From the NCBI GenBank assembly GCA_004431415.1, contig QPMI01000690.1, positions 1 through 55,535 of the forward strand: DNA of 55,535 nucleotides. The letters are read 5' to 3'. The notes under the pieces are model-generated. The model was not told where the DNA came from, made no database searches, and saw only the letters and a program-made list of their open reading frames with translations. The stretch comes from Cyanophora paradoxa CCMP329. Taxonomy: Eukaryota > Plantae > Glaucophyta. Shown in pieces: positions 12,553-23,684 of this stretch; position 1 is the first letter of the stretch; each line of letters opens with the position of its first letter. Made by a program: the position numbers and the translations under genes.

Positions 12553-12926
12553 GCACCCCCCTCCTGTACGCGAGCACCTCTGAACGCGTGCGGCTCCTTC
12601 TTCCGTCGGTGTTCGGGGGTGGGGGGTACGGGGGGCGGGAGGGGGGAGGGGGGGGGGGGGGGCCCGGGCGCCCCGCCCCGTTCCGCCCTCGCAGGGCTCG
12701 CAGCCGGCCGTTCGCGCTCCAAAGGTGCGGCGTACCCCGCCCTCCCCTCCCCCCTCCCCCCGCCTCCGCTTACCCCCTCGTGACAGGGCCCGTTCGAACG
12801 AGGCCTTCGCATGCGCCCTCTCATCTGAGCGATTCCCTTTTCGGGTATTTTTCTCGCGCCCCGCCGCACTATAAAAAGATCGCGCCGCCCCCGAAACCTC
12901 ACTCTCAAGTTTCGCAGCTTCGCAAC

Positions 12927-13533
12927 ATGAGCTCGGCCCTTTCCGTCGCGTCCTCTCTCGACATGATCGACCCGGCGCTTTTCGGTCGCGACGGCGCGCT
13001 CTTCTCCTGCGGCGCGCCGGCCCGGGCGGCCTGGACTCGGCCCGGCTCCCTCCCGTCGCGTCGATCCTCGCGCCGCCGCTCGTCGCGACCCCTGGCTCCC
13101 TCCCGCCGCCTTTGAAGCCTGCAAGGCGCCCCTCCCGTGGCCCCGCGTGGACGCGGACGCGACGGCGCCGGCGCCCGCGGGCCCTCTTCAGGATCCCCTC
13201 GCGCCCCTGCCGCCGAGCCCCGCGGCCGGCACCCGAGCCCGCCGCGCCCGCAGGGCCCCCTCTGCGCTTCCCGTCGCCGTGCCGGCCCCGGCGCGGCACG
13301 TCGACCTGGGCCCGTGCGCCCCGCTCAGGCGCCGTCGCGTCGTCCGCTGTTCCGTGTGCAGGCTCACGGTACGCGCTCGCGAGGCCCGGGCGGGCGGCGC
13401 GGCGCGGCGGGCGTCGCGCGGCGATCTGACCTTTTTCCTGCGCGCGCAGGGCCACAACAAGAAGACCCACGACCGGTTTGTCCTGGGCATCGTGCCCGTG
13501 TGGAAGAAGCGGCGTCAGTGGCAGCGCAAGCGG

Positions 13534-13572
<39 letters not shown>

Positions 13573-13821
13573 CCCGCGAGCTCCGCCGCCCCCGCCTCGA
13601 CGTCGACGGGCGGCAGGGTGATGCACTGCTGCGAGTGCGGCATGGAGGTGAGTCCACCGGAGGGCGCGTCGTGGGGGGCGACAGGGGGAGGTGGGGGGGG
13701 GGAGGGAAAGGGGGTACGGGCCCGATCTGACCCTCGTTCTGCGCAGGGCCGCAACTCCAGGACGCACCACGGCCCGCGGATGCACTGGCGCAAGAAGCGG
13801 GAGAGCGACTACGAATACTGA
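12927..13821 (+). CDS. Spliced protein with two Zn-knuckle-like motifs (introns 13369-13449 and 13648-13746; indels in the 5' part)
   Basis: Removing GTACGC..CTGAC..GCAG and GTGAGT..CTGAC..GCAG gives CSVCRLTGHNKKTH and CECGMEGRNSRTH. TATAAAA at ~12870. Confidence 0.65.
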
Positions 13822-13894
13822 GCGCGCCGGCGTTTGCATAAAGGGGACCCGCGCCGCCTCTCCCGCAGCGGCGGCGCCCAGGGCCTGAGCGGGG

Positions 13895-14200
13895 ATGACG
13901 CTCCGCGTGGAGGGAAGGCTGCGGATCGGGCCCAGCGCGGAGGGCCCGGCGCGCGTCGAGGTGGACCTCGACGCGGACGAGACCCTGGTGGCGACGGCGG
14001 GCGAGGAGACGCTCTGGGTCGTCGCCCGCGACCGCGTGCGCGCCCTCGACGCCCGCTGCTGCGCCTGGTCCGTCGAGTACAAGTTCTCCTCGCCCCTGAG
14101 CCGCGTGGAGGGCGCGCCCGACGGCTCCCTCGTCGTCTTCTTCGAGGGGGGCGGCCTGCGGTACCTCCCCAAGCCGACCGTGGACAGGTGGGGCCTCTGA
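13895..14200 (+). CDS. Hypothetical beta-rich protein, 101 aa
   Basis: Globular composition, GC3-rich codons, and ATAAAGGGGACCC 57 nt upstream. Confidence 0.65.
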   Translation: MTLRVEGRLRIGPSAEGPARVEVDLDADETLVATAGEETLWVVARDRVRALDARCCAWSVEYKFSSPLSRVEGAPDGSLVVFFEGGGLRYLPKPTVDRWGL

Positions 14201-16122
14201 ATCCCGCTGCCCGTGCGCCGCGCGCTCGGACGAACAAAGTCCTCTAGATCGAGCCTGGCCCCTCCCCCTCCCCGTCCCCGCCGGCACATGTTGGTCGAGT
14301 TTTGCTCGTTCAAGTTGTATTGGATCGCGAGGTCGCTCATATGCATTTTCAATGCAGATGCGCGGGAGGGCGCCTGGGGGGATAGGGGGGGGGGGGGGGG
14401 GGGTCGGCGGCGGGGTACACGCGGATGCTGCGAGGCGAGAGGCCTCGGCCTAGGGCGGGCCCCTCGGGGTGAGCGGGCGAGTCTCCCGTGTGGAAATTCC
14501 GGAGGGTCTCTCGATCGGGGCGCGACCGGGGTCCTGGAGAGGGGCGGGCGACCGCCGTCTCCCGCCGCGCCGCCGCCCCGTGCGGCGAGCCGCGCCGCCG
14601 CCAGCCCCGCCCGCCGAACCGCGCCGCCGCCGGCCGAGCCCCAGCCCGCCCGTCGAGCCGCGCCGACGCCCGCCACGTCCCCGCCCCGCCCGTCGAGCCG
14701 AGCTGCAGTCAGCCAAGCCCCCGCCCCGTGCAGCGATGCCCATAGATGGGCCGCTCACCAGGCGTTCGGTGTACATGCATGGCTCAACCACCTGCGCACG
14801 CACGGGTCAACCGATGAGGCAGCCGGGCACAGGGCACCCAAAAGCGCACGAAATAAGGCCCTTGAACCCTGTGTCCCTCGGCAGCGTAAAGTCTATGCCG
14901 GCTGCGGCGCACGCGACGGCTGCGGCGCCGGCGCACGCGACGGCTGCGGTCGATCGTCGCCGGCGCGGAGCTGGACAGGCGGGAGATCTCGCGCAGCGTG
15001 CAGCTGCTCACGAGCTTCCAGGGAGCAGTATGCCCACGCTCCGAGCTTCAACGTGCCTCGATTCGAGCGCCCCGAGAGCACACGCGTACGCCGCCCCAGG
15101 AGATCCAGAGGCCCGCGTAGCTGGCCGGAGTACTGCGCATGCATCGCTCAGCACCCCGGCCCCATGTCGCTGAGCACGTACAGCCACTCCTGCTCACGCA
15201 CATTTCCTTCGGCATCTGAAGGGACTTGCCACCCAGACGCAGCGGCCGCCGGGAGCGGGCTGCAGGCAGAGCTGGAGCTAGCTATCGACAACGCTTGACG
15301 AAAGCTCAGCGCTAGCCCCGTGCTCACGGCCGCCGCGAGAACTGCAATGTGTATCCCCCATCCTCTCACCCTCCCCCCCCCCAGAAAAAAACAAAAAACT
15401 CCTGCACTATTGATATCTAGATCTACCGGTATTTGAAATTGGCACCCTGGCCCCGCAGGCCGCCCCCCCACCCCCCCACCCCACCCCTAACATCCAAAGG
15501 CTATAGCAGCCGGACTCGAGCTCGTGCAAACGACGTTGGGCTGATCGCGAGGCCGGCCGGCCGCGATTATGAAATTGCGCCCCAAATTAAATTGCGCGCG
15601 CGACTGCGGGCCCTCAAGAGGACGAGGCGATATATATGTGTGCATTACAGCTTCATTTGGATAGCCACTGCGCCTGGCCTGTCGGTCGCGATCTCTCTCA
15701 TGAGAATCACGTGCACTGTCATGCAGCGAGACGGCGCAATGATTCATTATTCAAGCATGCGCATGCGTGTATGCATGCTCGTAAAAATGCGCAATATGAA
15801 TCGATCTTTTTTTAAACATGAAGCTCGCGACTCGAATTCCGGATCCGTCGACACGTGCACGGATGTGCGCGTTGAGTGCGCGCGACGTGAACATTTCCAC
15901 GGCCCGGCCTGGTTCGGCGAATTTTGAAACTCTCAGGCTCTACGTCGTTCAAGACAATTTAGAACGGAGAACTGACGGATATTAATTCGAGATGCGGATA
16001 TATATGTATATATATCGATCGAAATTAAATTCGACAACGTGCGAATTAAACGATATCGGTATACGTATCGATTTCGATGGATGGCCGTCGACTGCGCGCT
16101 AAATAGCTGGATATAGAGTGCA

Positions 16123-16938
16123 TTACGACTCTGAGCCGGCGGCGGCCTCTGTCTCGACCTGAATCGAGCACGCGCATGCGCACGTGCCTTCGATCTTGCG
16201 GACATCGGGCCCGTTCCCGCAGGAGGGGGCCGAAAATTCCGCGCCTAGCGCTGTCATCACCTTTAATTTCTTTGCGAGGCCCCCGTTTCGTGCACGATCC
16301 TCGAGGAGCAGTTTAAACGCCTTGGCGACGGTTTCGTTCGGAAACCCGTGTGCCACCGCCCGAATCTTGATCGGTCCGCGGGCCATCTCGAAGAGGCCGG
16401 AGCCGCGCAGCTCGGCAAACTTGCGCTTGAGGTTGGACGAGCAGCCGACAAAGGCGGGGAGCTGCCTGGCGCCGCCCATGACGAACACGACGGGCTGCTT
16501 GGGTCCGAATTTGTCCGAGAGCTCCACCGGGGCGGGCTTTGCGTTTGGGTCCCGAACGTGAACGGCCCTGTTCGGCGCCGGCGCCGAGGACGCTGCGTCG
16601 CGACCCGCGGCCGCGTCGACGTCGCCGGCCGCCTCGCCCTCGCGATCCTGCCCTCTGCCCGCGGGCGCGCGCCTGCGCCCGAATCGCGACGCAGGTCGAC
16701 GTCGGGGCCGGGATCCGGAGGCGGCTGCGTTCGAATCCGGCGCCTCCGAGCGCGAATCGCGCTCGCGATCGCTGTCGGCCGCAGCGCCCTGCACCGAAAT
16801 CGATAGCGATGGGTTCGGCGCGGGAGATTTCGGAGGTGACGACGGCGCTTCCCGACATCGATCGGGATCCTGATCGATATCGTGATCGTGGTCGGCGGCG
16901 GGGCCCGATCGCTTCGAATTCGGGCTCGACGTCGACAT
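16123..16938 (-). CDS. Degenerate GIY-YIG (SLX1-like) domain protein, likely inactive
   Basis: PVVFVM...AFVGCSSNLKRKFAEL...GPIKIRAVAHGFPNETVAKAFK aligns with the paralog at 40.4-40.8 kb. ATAAATAG lies upstream. Confidence 0.7.
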   Translation of the reverse strand: MSTSSPNSKRSGPAADHDHDIDQDPDRCREAPSSPPKSPAPNPSLSISVQGAAADSDRERDSRSEAPDSNAAASGSRPRRRPASRFGRRRAPAGRGQDREGEAAGDVDAAAGRDAASSAPAPNRAVHVRDPNAKPAPVELSDKFGPKQPVVFVMGGARQLPAFVGCSSNLKRKFAELRGSGLFEMARGPIKIRAVAHGFPNETVAKAFKLLLEDRARNGGLAKKLKVMTALGAEFSAPSCGNGPDVRKIEGTCACACSIQVETEAAAGSES

Positions 16939-17394
16939 CCCCTCTAGCGCCTCGAGCTTCGGGGCATGGTGCTTCTATTTATCCGCGCCCAGGCCCTCAC
17001 ACTCTTGAGGGCGGCTTTGTTTTCGGCCGACGTGCGCTGCGGGCGGCCCGAGGTTTACGAGTATGTATATGTGCGTATGCGGGGAGAATTCGAATCGAAC
17101 TGCAGCGCTAGCTGGGATCCGGATCGGGCCTGCGTCGACGTTCCGTCGACCTAGGCCTCCCGCCCGCCGTTGCCCGCGTCTCCCGCGCGGACTGCTTTAT
17201 AAGCGAGCGCATGCACGGCCCGGGCCCGGGGGGACCGGGCGGGGGCGGGGGTGCACGTGCCGAGGCGGCGGGCGGGGTGCGTGACCCGCGAGTCGCCCTC
17301 CCCTCTGGACGTTGGCCGTACCCCTCCTCCTCCCCTCCCCGGGCCCCCCTCCGGAGACTCGCCGCCACCCCCCTCTGGAGGGAGCGGCGCTCGC

Positions 17395-18765
17395 GCGTCG
17401 TCCGCAAGGCGAACGAGTGAAAGGGAGGGAGGGTGCCGCGCCGCAAGAGGCAGGGGGGTAGAAGAGTTTCCGGGGCGCCATGCGCCCCCGCGCCGATGGA
17501 CCAGGCCTAGGGGGCGCCGAAGCTCGTTCTGGGGCGTCGGGCGAGTCTCCAGGGGGAGGGGGGGGGCCGCCGGGGGTACGGCTCGGAGCTTTCGCGCCGC
17601 TCTCTCTCGGGGGCGGCGGCGAGTTTCGAAGGGGGGGGGGGGGAGCTTGAGGGGGGGTAGCTGGGGGTACGAGCGAGATTCTAGCGCCGCCCTCTGTCGG
17701 GGGCGGCGGCGAGTCTCCCGGGGGGGTGAAACGAGGGGGTACGTGGGGGTACGGTCGAGATTCGAGAGTCGTTTGCTTCGAGGGGGTGGCGGCGAGTCTC
17801 CAGGGGGGGAGGGGGAGGTAGGTGGGGGTACGGTCAGAGATTCAGCGCCACCCTCTTTCGGGGGCGGCGGCGAGTCTCCAGGGGGGGAGGGGGAGATAGC
17901 TCGGGGTACGGTCAGAGATTCAGCGCCACCCTCTTTCGGGGCGGCGGCGAGTCTCCAGGGGGGTGGGACGAGGGGCACGTGGGGGTACGGGAGAAATTAT
18001 AGAGCTGTTCGCTTCGAGGGGGTGGAGGCGAGTCTCCAGGGGGGGAGGGGGAGGTAGGTGGGGGTACGGTCAGAGATTTAGGGCGGCGCGGCTCTGGATC
18101 TCTCTCGGGGGCGGCGGCGAGTCTCCGGGGGGGTGGGACGAAGGGTACGTGGGGGTATGGCCGAGATTATGGAGCAGTTCGCTTTGAGGGGGTGGCGGTG
18201 AGTCTCCAGAAGGTAGGAGGAGGCCACCGAAAACTCGCCGCGCCCCCCTCAGGGACCCGTTGCACGGGCGTGAGAAGCCAAGGGTGAGCGAGCTCGAGGA
18301 GAAGGCCGGTCCCGTACCCCGTCTCCCAACCTGGACCCCGCTGGAAACTCGCCACGCCCCCCTCAGGGGCCGGCTGCACGAGCGTGAGAAGCCGAGGGGG
18401 AGCGAGGGAAAGGCCGGTCCCGTACCGGGACCCCATCTCCCAAACCTGCCCCCCGCCGCTGGAAACGCGCCGCGCGCCCCTCAGGGGCCGGCTGCACGAG
18501 CGTGAGAAACCGAGGGGGAGCGAGGGAAAGGTCGGTCCCGTACCCCGTCTCCCAAACCTGCCTCTGCCGCTGGAAACTCGCCACGCGCCCCTCGGGGGCC
18601 GGCTGCACGGGCATGAGAAACTTTAAGCCGAGGGCGAGCGAGGGAAGGGCGGACCCGTACCCCGTCTACAAACCCGCCCCTGCCGCTGGAAACTCGCCGC
18701 GCGCCCCTCAGGGGCCCGCTGCACGGGCGCGAGAATTCGGAGCCGAGGGCGAGCGAGGAGAAGAC
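17395..18765. repeat. Left arm of large imperfect inverted repeat (~80-bp array x~9, then ~115-bp array x~4.5)
   Basis: Reverse complement of 35165-38060, including the non-array stretch CCGCGCCGCAAGAGGCAGGGGGTAG...GGGGCGCCATGCGCCCC. Confidence 0.85.
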
Positions 18766-19303
18766 CACCACCCCCTCCCCCCTGGAGACTCGCCGGCTCC
18801 CCCTCTGAGAGAGCGGTGCTCGAGATTTGATCGTACCCTCACCAACCCCGCCCCCCGCCCCTGGGAGACTCGCCGGCTCCCCCTCGGAGAGAGCGGCACT
18901 CGCGCGTCGTCCGTACCCCGCCGAATGGAAGATGAAACCCCGCCTCCCGCCCCCCTGGAGACTCGCCGCCGACCCCCTCTGAGAGAGCGGCGCTCGGGAT
19001 ACGCAATATATATAAGGAATGCGAGAGGTCTAGATCGCAGAGGGACCGGAGCGTGCGGCCAGAGCACCTTCAGGTGATCGCGGTCAGGGCTCAGATTTCG
19101 AAACGATATAAAGGAACGCGCGCGCGCGCGCCTCTATCTCTGCGCACACGGATCCGGGCCGGGCGGCACTCACGACCACGATCCATAGATTGCGATCGAT
19201 CGAAACTGGGTTCGCCCCCAAGATTCGTGATCGCGATCGGCGGCATAAATTTCAGACCGCTTTCACAGAGCCCTCAGTCCCCACACCGCGACCGAAAACG
19301 ATC

Positions 19304-20227
19304 ATGAGCAGTTGCGTCCACCCTTACGTCGCGTCCGGGGCCGAGGGCGACGTGTGCACGTCCTGCGGCATGTGCCTCGACGCGTACGGGTCGTACGCGA
19401 CGCCCCTGGGCCTCGTCTGCGACGAGCAGGGCGGCGCCGGCGTCGCGTCCTCGCACGATCGATATCTGCAACTGGGGCTGGATCTGCTACGCGATATTCC
19501 AGAGCCGGCGCCGCGCACGTGCACGTGGCAGCCTTCCAAGTCTAGTTCTGCGCGCGCAATCCCGAGCTCGAGCGCGCACGGTACCCACGCGAATATGAAT
19601 CGCACGGAGCTGGATCAGACTGTGAGGGAGACGGCAGAGCGCATGCTCCTCCCGGAGATTGTCTGGCGCGAGGCCCTGGAAACGCTCCGCGAGAAGCGCG
19701 CCGTGATCTCGGGGAGGCGGTACACATCCCTCGCCCTCGCGGCCCTCTATCTGGCCGTCCAACAGCTCGATATCCCTCGTGGGATACACGATTTCGAGCA
19801 CGCGGCCCCTCCCGAGGCGCGCCACGAGGTCCGAAAGTACGTTCGCGTCCTCTTGGAGGCGACGCCGGCGCCGGCGCCGGCCGCGGGGCCCCCCGCGGGC
19901 GATCGGCGCGAGGGCCGTCGCCTTCACACGTACGACTTGGGCGTGTCCCTCGTGGAAAGCGTCGGAAAGAATATTGGAATCGACGGTTCGATCATCTCGG
20001 CCGCCCAGAAGCGCTACAGAGAGTACCTGGAGGCGGGACGAGCTCGTTCCAGGACCCCGAAGATCCTAGCGATAGGGGCGCTCGCGCTCGCGGCCAAGCT
20101 CTCCGGACGCGCTTCCTGGTCCACGCGAAAAATCGCGATTCGAGCCGGGGCCTCTCCGACCGCCGCGCGCGCTGCGGTCAGGGAGATGAGGGCACGGCTC
20201 GGGATAGACCTAGATCTAGACCCGTAA
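19304..20227 (+). CDS. TFIIB-like transcription initiation factor, 307 aa, intronless
   Basis: N-terminal Zn ribbon CVH...CTSCG, followed by two cyclin-fold repeats (GRRYTSLALAALYLA..IPR and SRTPKILAIGALALA..KIAIRAGAS). Confidence 0.85.
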   Translation: MSSCVHPYVASGAEGDVCTSCGMCLDAYGSYATPLGLVCDEQGGAGVASSHDRYLQLGLDLLRDIPEPAPRTCTWQPSKSSSARAIPSSSAHGTHANMNRTELDQTVRETAERMLLPEIVWREALETLREKRAVISGRRYTSLALAALYLAVQQLDIPRGIHDFEHAAPPEARHEVRKYVRVLLEATPAPAPAAGPPAGDRREGRRLHTYDLGVSLVESVGKNIGIDGSIISAAQKRYREYLEAGRARSRTPKILAIGALALAAKLSGRASWSTRKIAIRAGASPTAARAAVREMRARLGIDLDLDP

Positions 20228-20823
20228 TCAAGTGCTAGAACTCGATCGATATCCAGATCTAGCTCGAAATTGACTTTGTCATGTGAATATTTGTATACGT
20301 AGCCTGGATGATTTTCCGCAGAAACTTGAAATATCGCTAGCCATGATATCGATCATGATCATGAATTTGAATATAGATTAATATATTCATCTGGAGCAGA
20401 TCCTAGCTATAGTTATGACGAGTCAGTTGAATAAACAAATCTAAAGCTCACGATGAAGACTCTGAGATGAAAACTACGATATGCATATGGCAGCGCATCT
20501 GCAGCGATCGCGATACATGTATACCGTACAGGCATGATTATGGACAGAGGGACGCGCCTAAAAGGACGCGCCGGCCCGCGCCTCATGGCATGTACACGGT
20601 CAGCCCTCTCCGCAGAAATTCGAATCCGTGACCATCGAGGTGGACGACGCCTAGCTATAGCTCCTTGAGAGTATAGTTGAACATCGCAGGCCTATAGCTA
20701 GGTGCGCGCGCACCGGCTGCGAAATTTTCAGACGTCTCACGGGGGATTCGAAAATTCGTATTCACAGCCCAGGCCATGTCCACGCACACTCATATTGCCT
20801 AGACCATCGCAGCGCGTCGAGGC

Positions 20824-23283
20824 ATGGCATCTGCAAACTCGCCCCCCAGCCGCGATCGCGATCGCGATCGCGATGAAGAGAAAGATCTAGATCCGGGTTC
20901 CGGATCCGGAGCGAGCGCGAGGGGGCGGTTGCTGCCCTCGCCGAGCTCGGGGGGCGGGTCCAGGCCCCCTTTCGACTCCCGCCCCGCCAAAGTCCAACTT
21001 CCAGCGTACCTGAGCGTGGGGAGGGACCCGGCCCTCGCCTTTCGCCCCTCGTGCGCGCGATGCCAGGTCGAGCGGGTCCCACCCCCATCGTACATGCTTC
21101 CCTGCGCCGTCTCGCGCATCTTGGACCGCACCGGGCCTCGAGCTTGAACGGATCGCTCGAGGCGCACCCCCGCCCACGTTCGAGGACCTCCGAAGCTGCT
21201 CAGGAAAAGCCTGCATCTGCGTCACCTGCGCGATCAATCTGGTGGCCGCGGCCGCGGCCGCCCCCGCCCCCGCCCCCGTGTTCAAGTGCCCCGCCTGCGG
21301 GGAGGACCACCGCGCGCCGGACGAGCTCCTGAGCTCGTCCCGTATCGACGCCTACCTCGCCTACGCGTCCTTTATCGAGGACGGAAACAACCCGCAGGCC
21401 TGGATCGCCTCCGAAATTATCGGGAGGCAGGCGCTGGCCTCGGTGTTTGAGCACGTGGCCCACCTGGCGCTGGAGGCGGCGCGGGCAAAGGAGACCCCCG
21501 CGATCCCGATCGCGAGCGCTGCCCCGCCCCCCCCGGGCCCGGCCGGCCCCCCGGCCTCGACGTTGACGTTGGCGCCGGCGCCGGCGTCGACGTCCGCGGC
21601 AGCGCGAGCCGGACCCGGCACGTCGCGCCCGGACACCGACCCCGCAGCCGGAGAGGGTCCGAGCGGCCCGTCGGAAGGGAACCCGGCGCCGGCGCCGCCC
21701 GGGCCCGGTACCGCGGCCGGTGCGGGCTCGAGTTCGAAAAAGGGCAAGGAGCCGGCCCTGCACGCGCAGGCGCCCGCGGCCGCCCGGCCTCCCCGCCGGC
21801 AGAGGGCGATCGCGAGAGCGAGGCCAAGGGCGAGGCCGGCGCCGGCGCCGGGGCGAGCGCCAGGGCGGGCCCGGGGCTCCGAAAGCGCCCCGATCGCGAG
21901 GGGCAGGTCCCCTCGGGCGCGACGCAGGCGGGCACCCCCAGGAGGGGGCCCCTCCAGGGCGAAGCGCCAGCGGAGCAAGTGGGGCTCGGGGAGGACGGAG
22001 CGCAAGCCCTACGAGAGCGACAAGCTGGTCAAGGTCCTCTACACGGCCTACACGTACCCCGCCGAGCTCGATCGCGACGCGGATGGGCCAGAGGACGGGG
22101 CAGGGGCGCCGGCAGAGGGTTCGAGCTCGCGCTCGGGCTCGGGCTCGGAGCTCGGCGATCCCGCCCCCGGTCCGTCCGCGGCCGGCCGTGGCCCGGCGGG
22201 CGCCGGGCCCTCTGCGGGCCCCTCTGATTCCGGCAAACGCAAGCCTCCGAATTCTCCGGCTGCCGCGGCCGCCGCCGCCGGCTCCGATTCCGGATCCGGG
22301 GAAATCTCAGAGTCCGACGCGGGCTCCCGCGCCGGGAGTCCGGATCCGCGCGATGCGGAGCTGGCCGAGGCGTGGAGCAAGGCCTACGCGGCGGCCGTCC
22401 GGTTGGACTCGGAGGCGTCGTCCGAGCGCGACGGGGGGGAGGCCGCGGGGGGGGACGAGCTCGAGAGCGCGGGGAGCGCCTCGCAGGAGGGGCAGGAGGA
22501 GGATCCGGAGAGCCTCCCCGCCTACGAAAAGGGGCTGGCCGTGGGCGTGGACGTCGCCCTCGTCGGCCGCCGCCTCGACGCGAATCCGCAGGCCCGGGCG
22601 GCTCTGCTCGAACGCGTTCAGAACCTGGGGCGGGAGAGAATTCGGGCGCTCGTCCTCGTCGCCGCCGCGGTCCTCGGGGCGTACGAAAAGTACAGGTGGG
22701 CGCGCGGGATTTCTGTCCATTCTTTCTGCCCGCGCAGGCGGCCGATGGGGGCGGGTGCGGGGGCGCAGGGACTCGCACGGGAACAATCGAAAATTGTGGG
22801 GGTACTGGAGAAAGGAGCACATCGAGACAAAGTACAACTCGATTCTCGGTTCGTTTAAATTTCGCGAGCTCGGGGCGCCGGCGGCGCTCCTGTTGCGCGT
22901 GGCCGTGGGGCCGGACTCCCCCCCGCTGACCCTGCAAGCGTGCACCCGTTTGCGCAGAGGCGGTGGGATTCCGGCTCGAGCTCCCGGCACAGAGAACCGA
23001 GATTTACACCGATCTCAAGAATCTGGCAGAGACGATGCGCAGATTCCCCGGCCTCTGCCGGGTCTCTGGGTCCGGCATCAGTCCGATCGACTTTCTGTCG
23101 ACCGTACCCCTGCTCAAAACCGCCGACGCCGAGGGCGCGAAGCGCGTCGCTGCGCGGGTGAGCGACGAGGTCCGCCGCGCCAAGGGGTACGCGTTCGACG
23201 AGTCGGTGCTCGAGCTGGGGGCCCCTGCAGCCGGCGGCGAGGAGGGGGAGGGCGACGCGTCATCCTCGGAGGCGGGGGGGTAG
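20824..23283 (+). CDS. Large protein with N-terminal RING-like Cys cluster and long disordered middle; exon structure uncertain
   Basis: CARC...LPC (frame 20824) joins CICVTC...FKCPAC (frame of ORF 21242..22858) across a probable indel. The 3' segment 22963..23283 follows an intron-like CTGAC..GCAG. Confidence 0.5.
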
Positions 23284-23684
23284 GGGGGATTCTGGGGAGC
23301 TCCCCGGCCTGCGCACGCGGGCGCCGTAATTTCGAATTCGGAGCTCCCCTCTCGGACGTCGACCCGCCCGAGCTCCTGCGCCCAAGCCTCGGACCGCTGC
23401 ACGTGGTGACTTTATTTGTAAAATCTAGACCGCTGCACGTGACAGCGGGCGCTGCACCCCAGCTCTTCATCTTGATCGCGATTCGATAACTGCTCTGATA
23501 CCATCTTGATACTCGCCGAGAGTCGAGCTCGGGTAAAAGTCGAGCCAGAGAAGAGTAATATTTAATATTAAATTTCGCATATACACTGAATGCTCCGCGG
23601 ACAAATTTCATGGCCGCGCTTAAAGGATGCCTAGGTCAGAGACTCGGAGATCGTCCAATCGTCCGGTACCCGGTGACAAGCACG

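Larger units (their letters stand above)
10369..13075 (+). repeat. 1073-bp tandem segmental duplication (~2.5 copies) with internal 120-bp triplications derived from helicase 7840-8045
   Basis: CAACATGAGCTCGG has its ATG at 10781, 11854 and 12927 (period 1073). The 40-aa unit AEKEK..VGALDLFAYNSAVPQG.DFNEGGFDVC.VAMGGRTYDVN occurs three times in each full copy. Confidence 0.95.

Noticed and set aside
14213-15298. 361-aa ORF
   Set aside because: Low-complexity, crosses a G homopolymer, has no clear promoter box and no recognisable domain.
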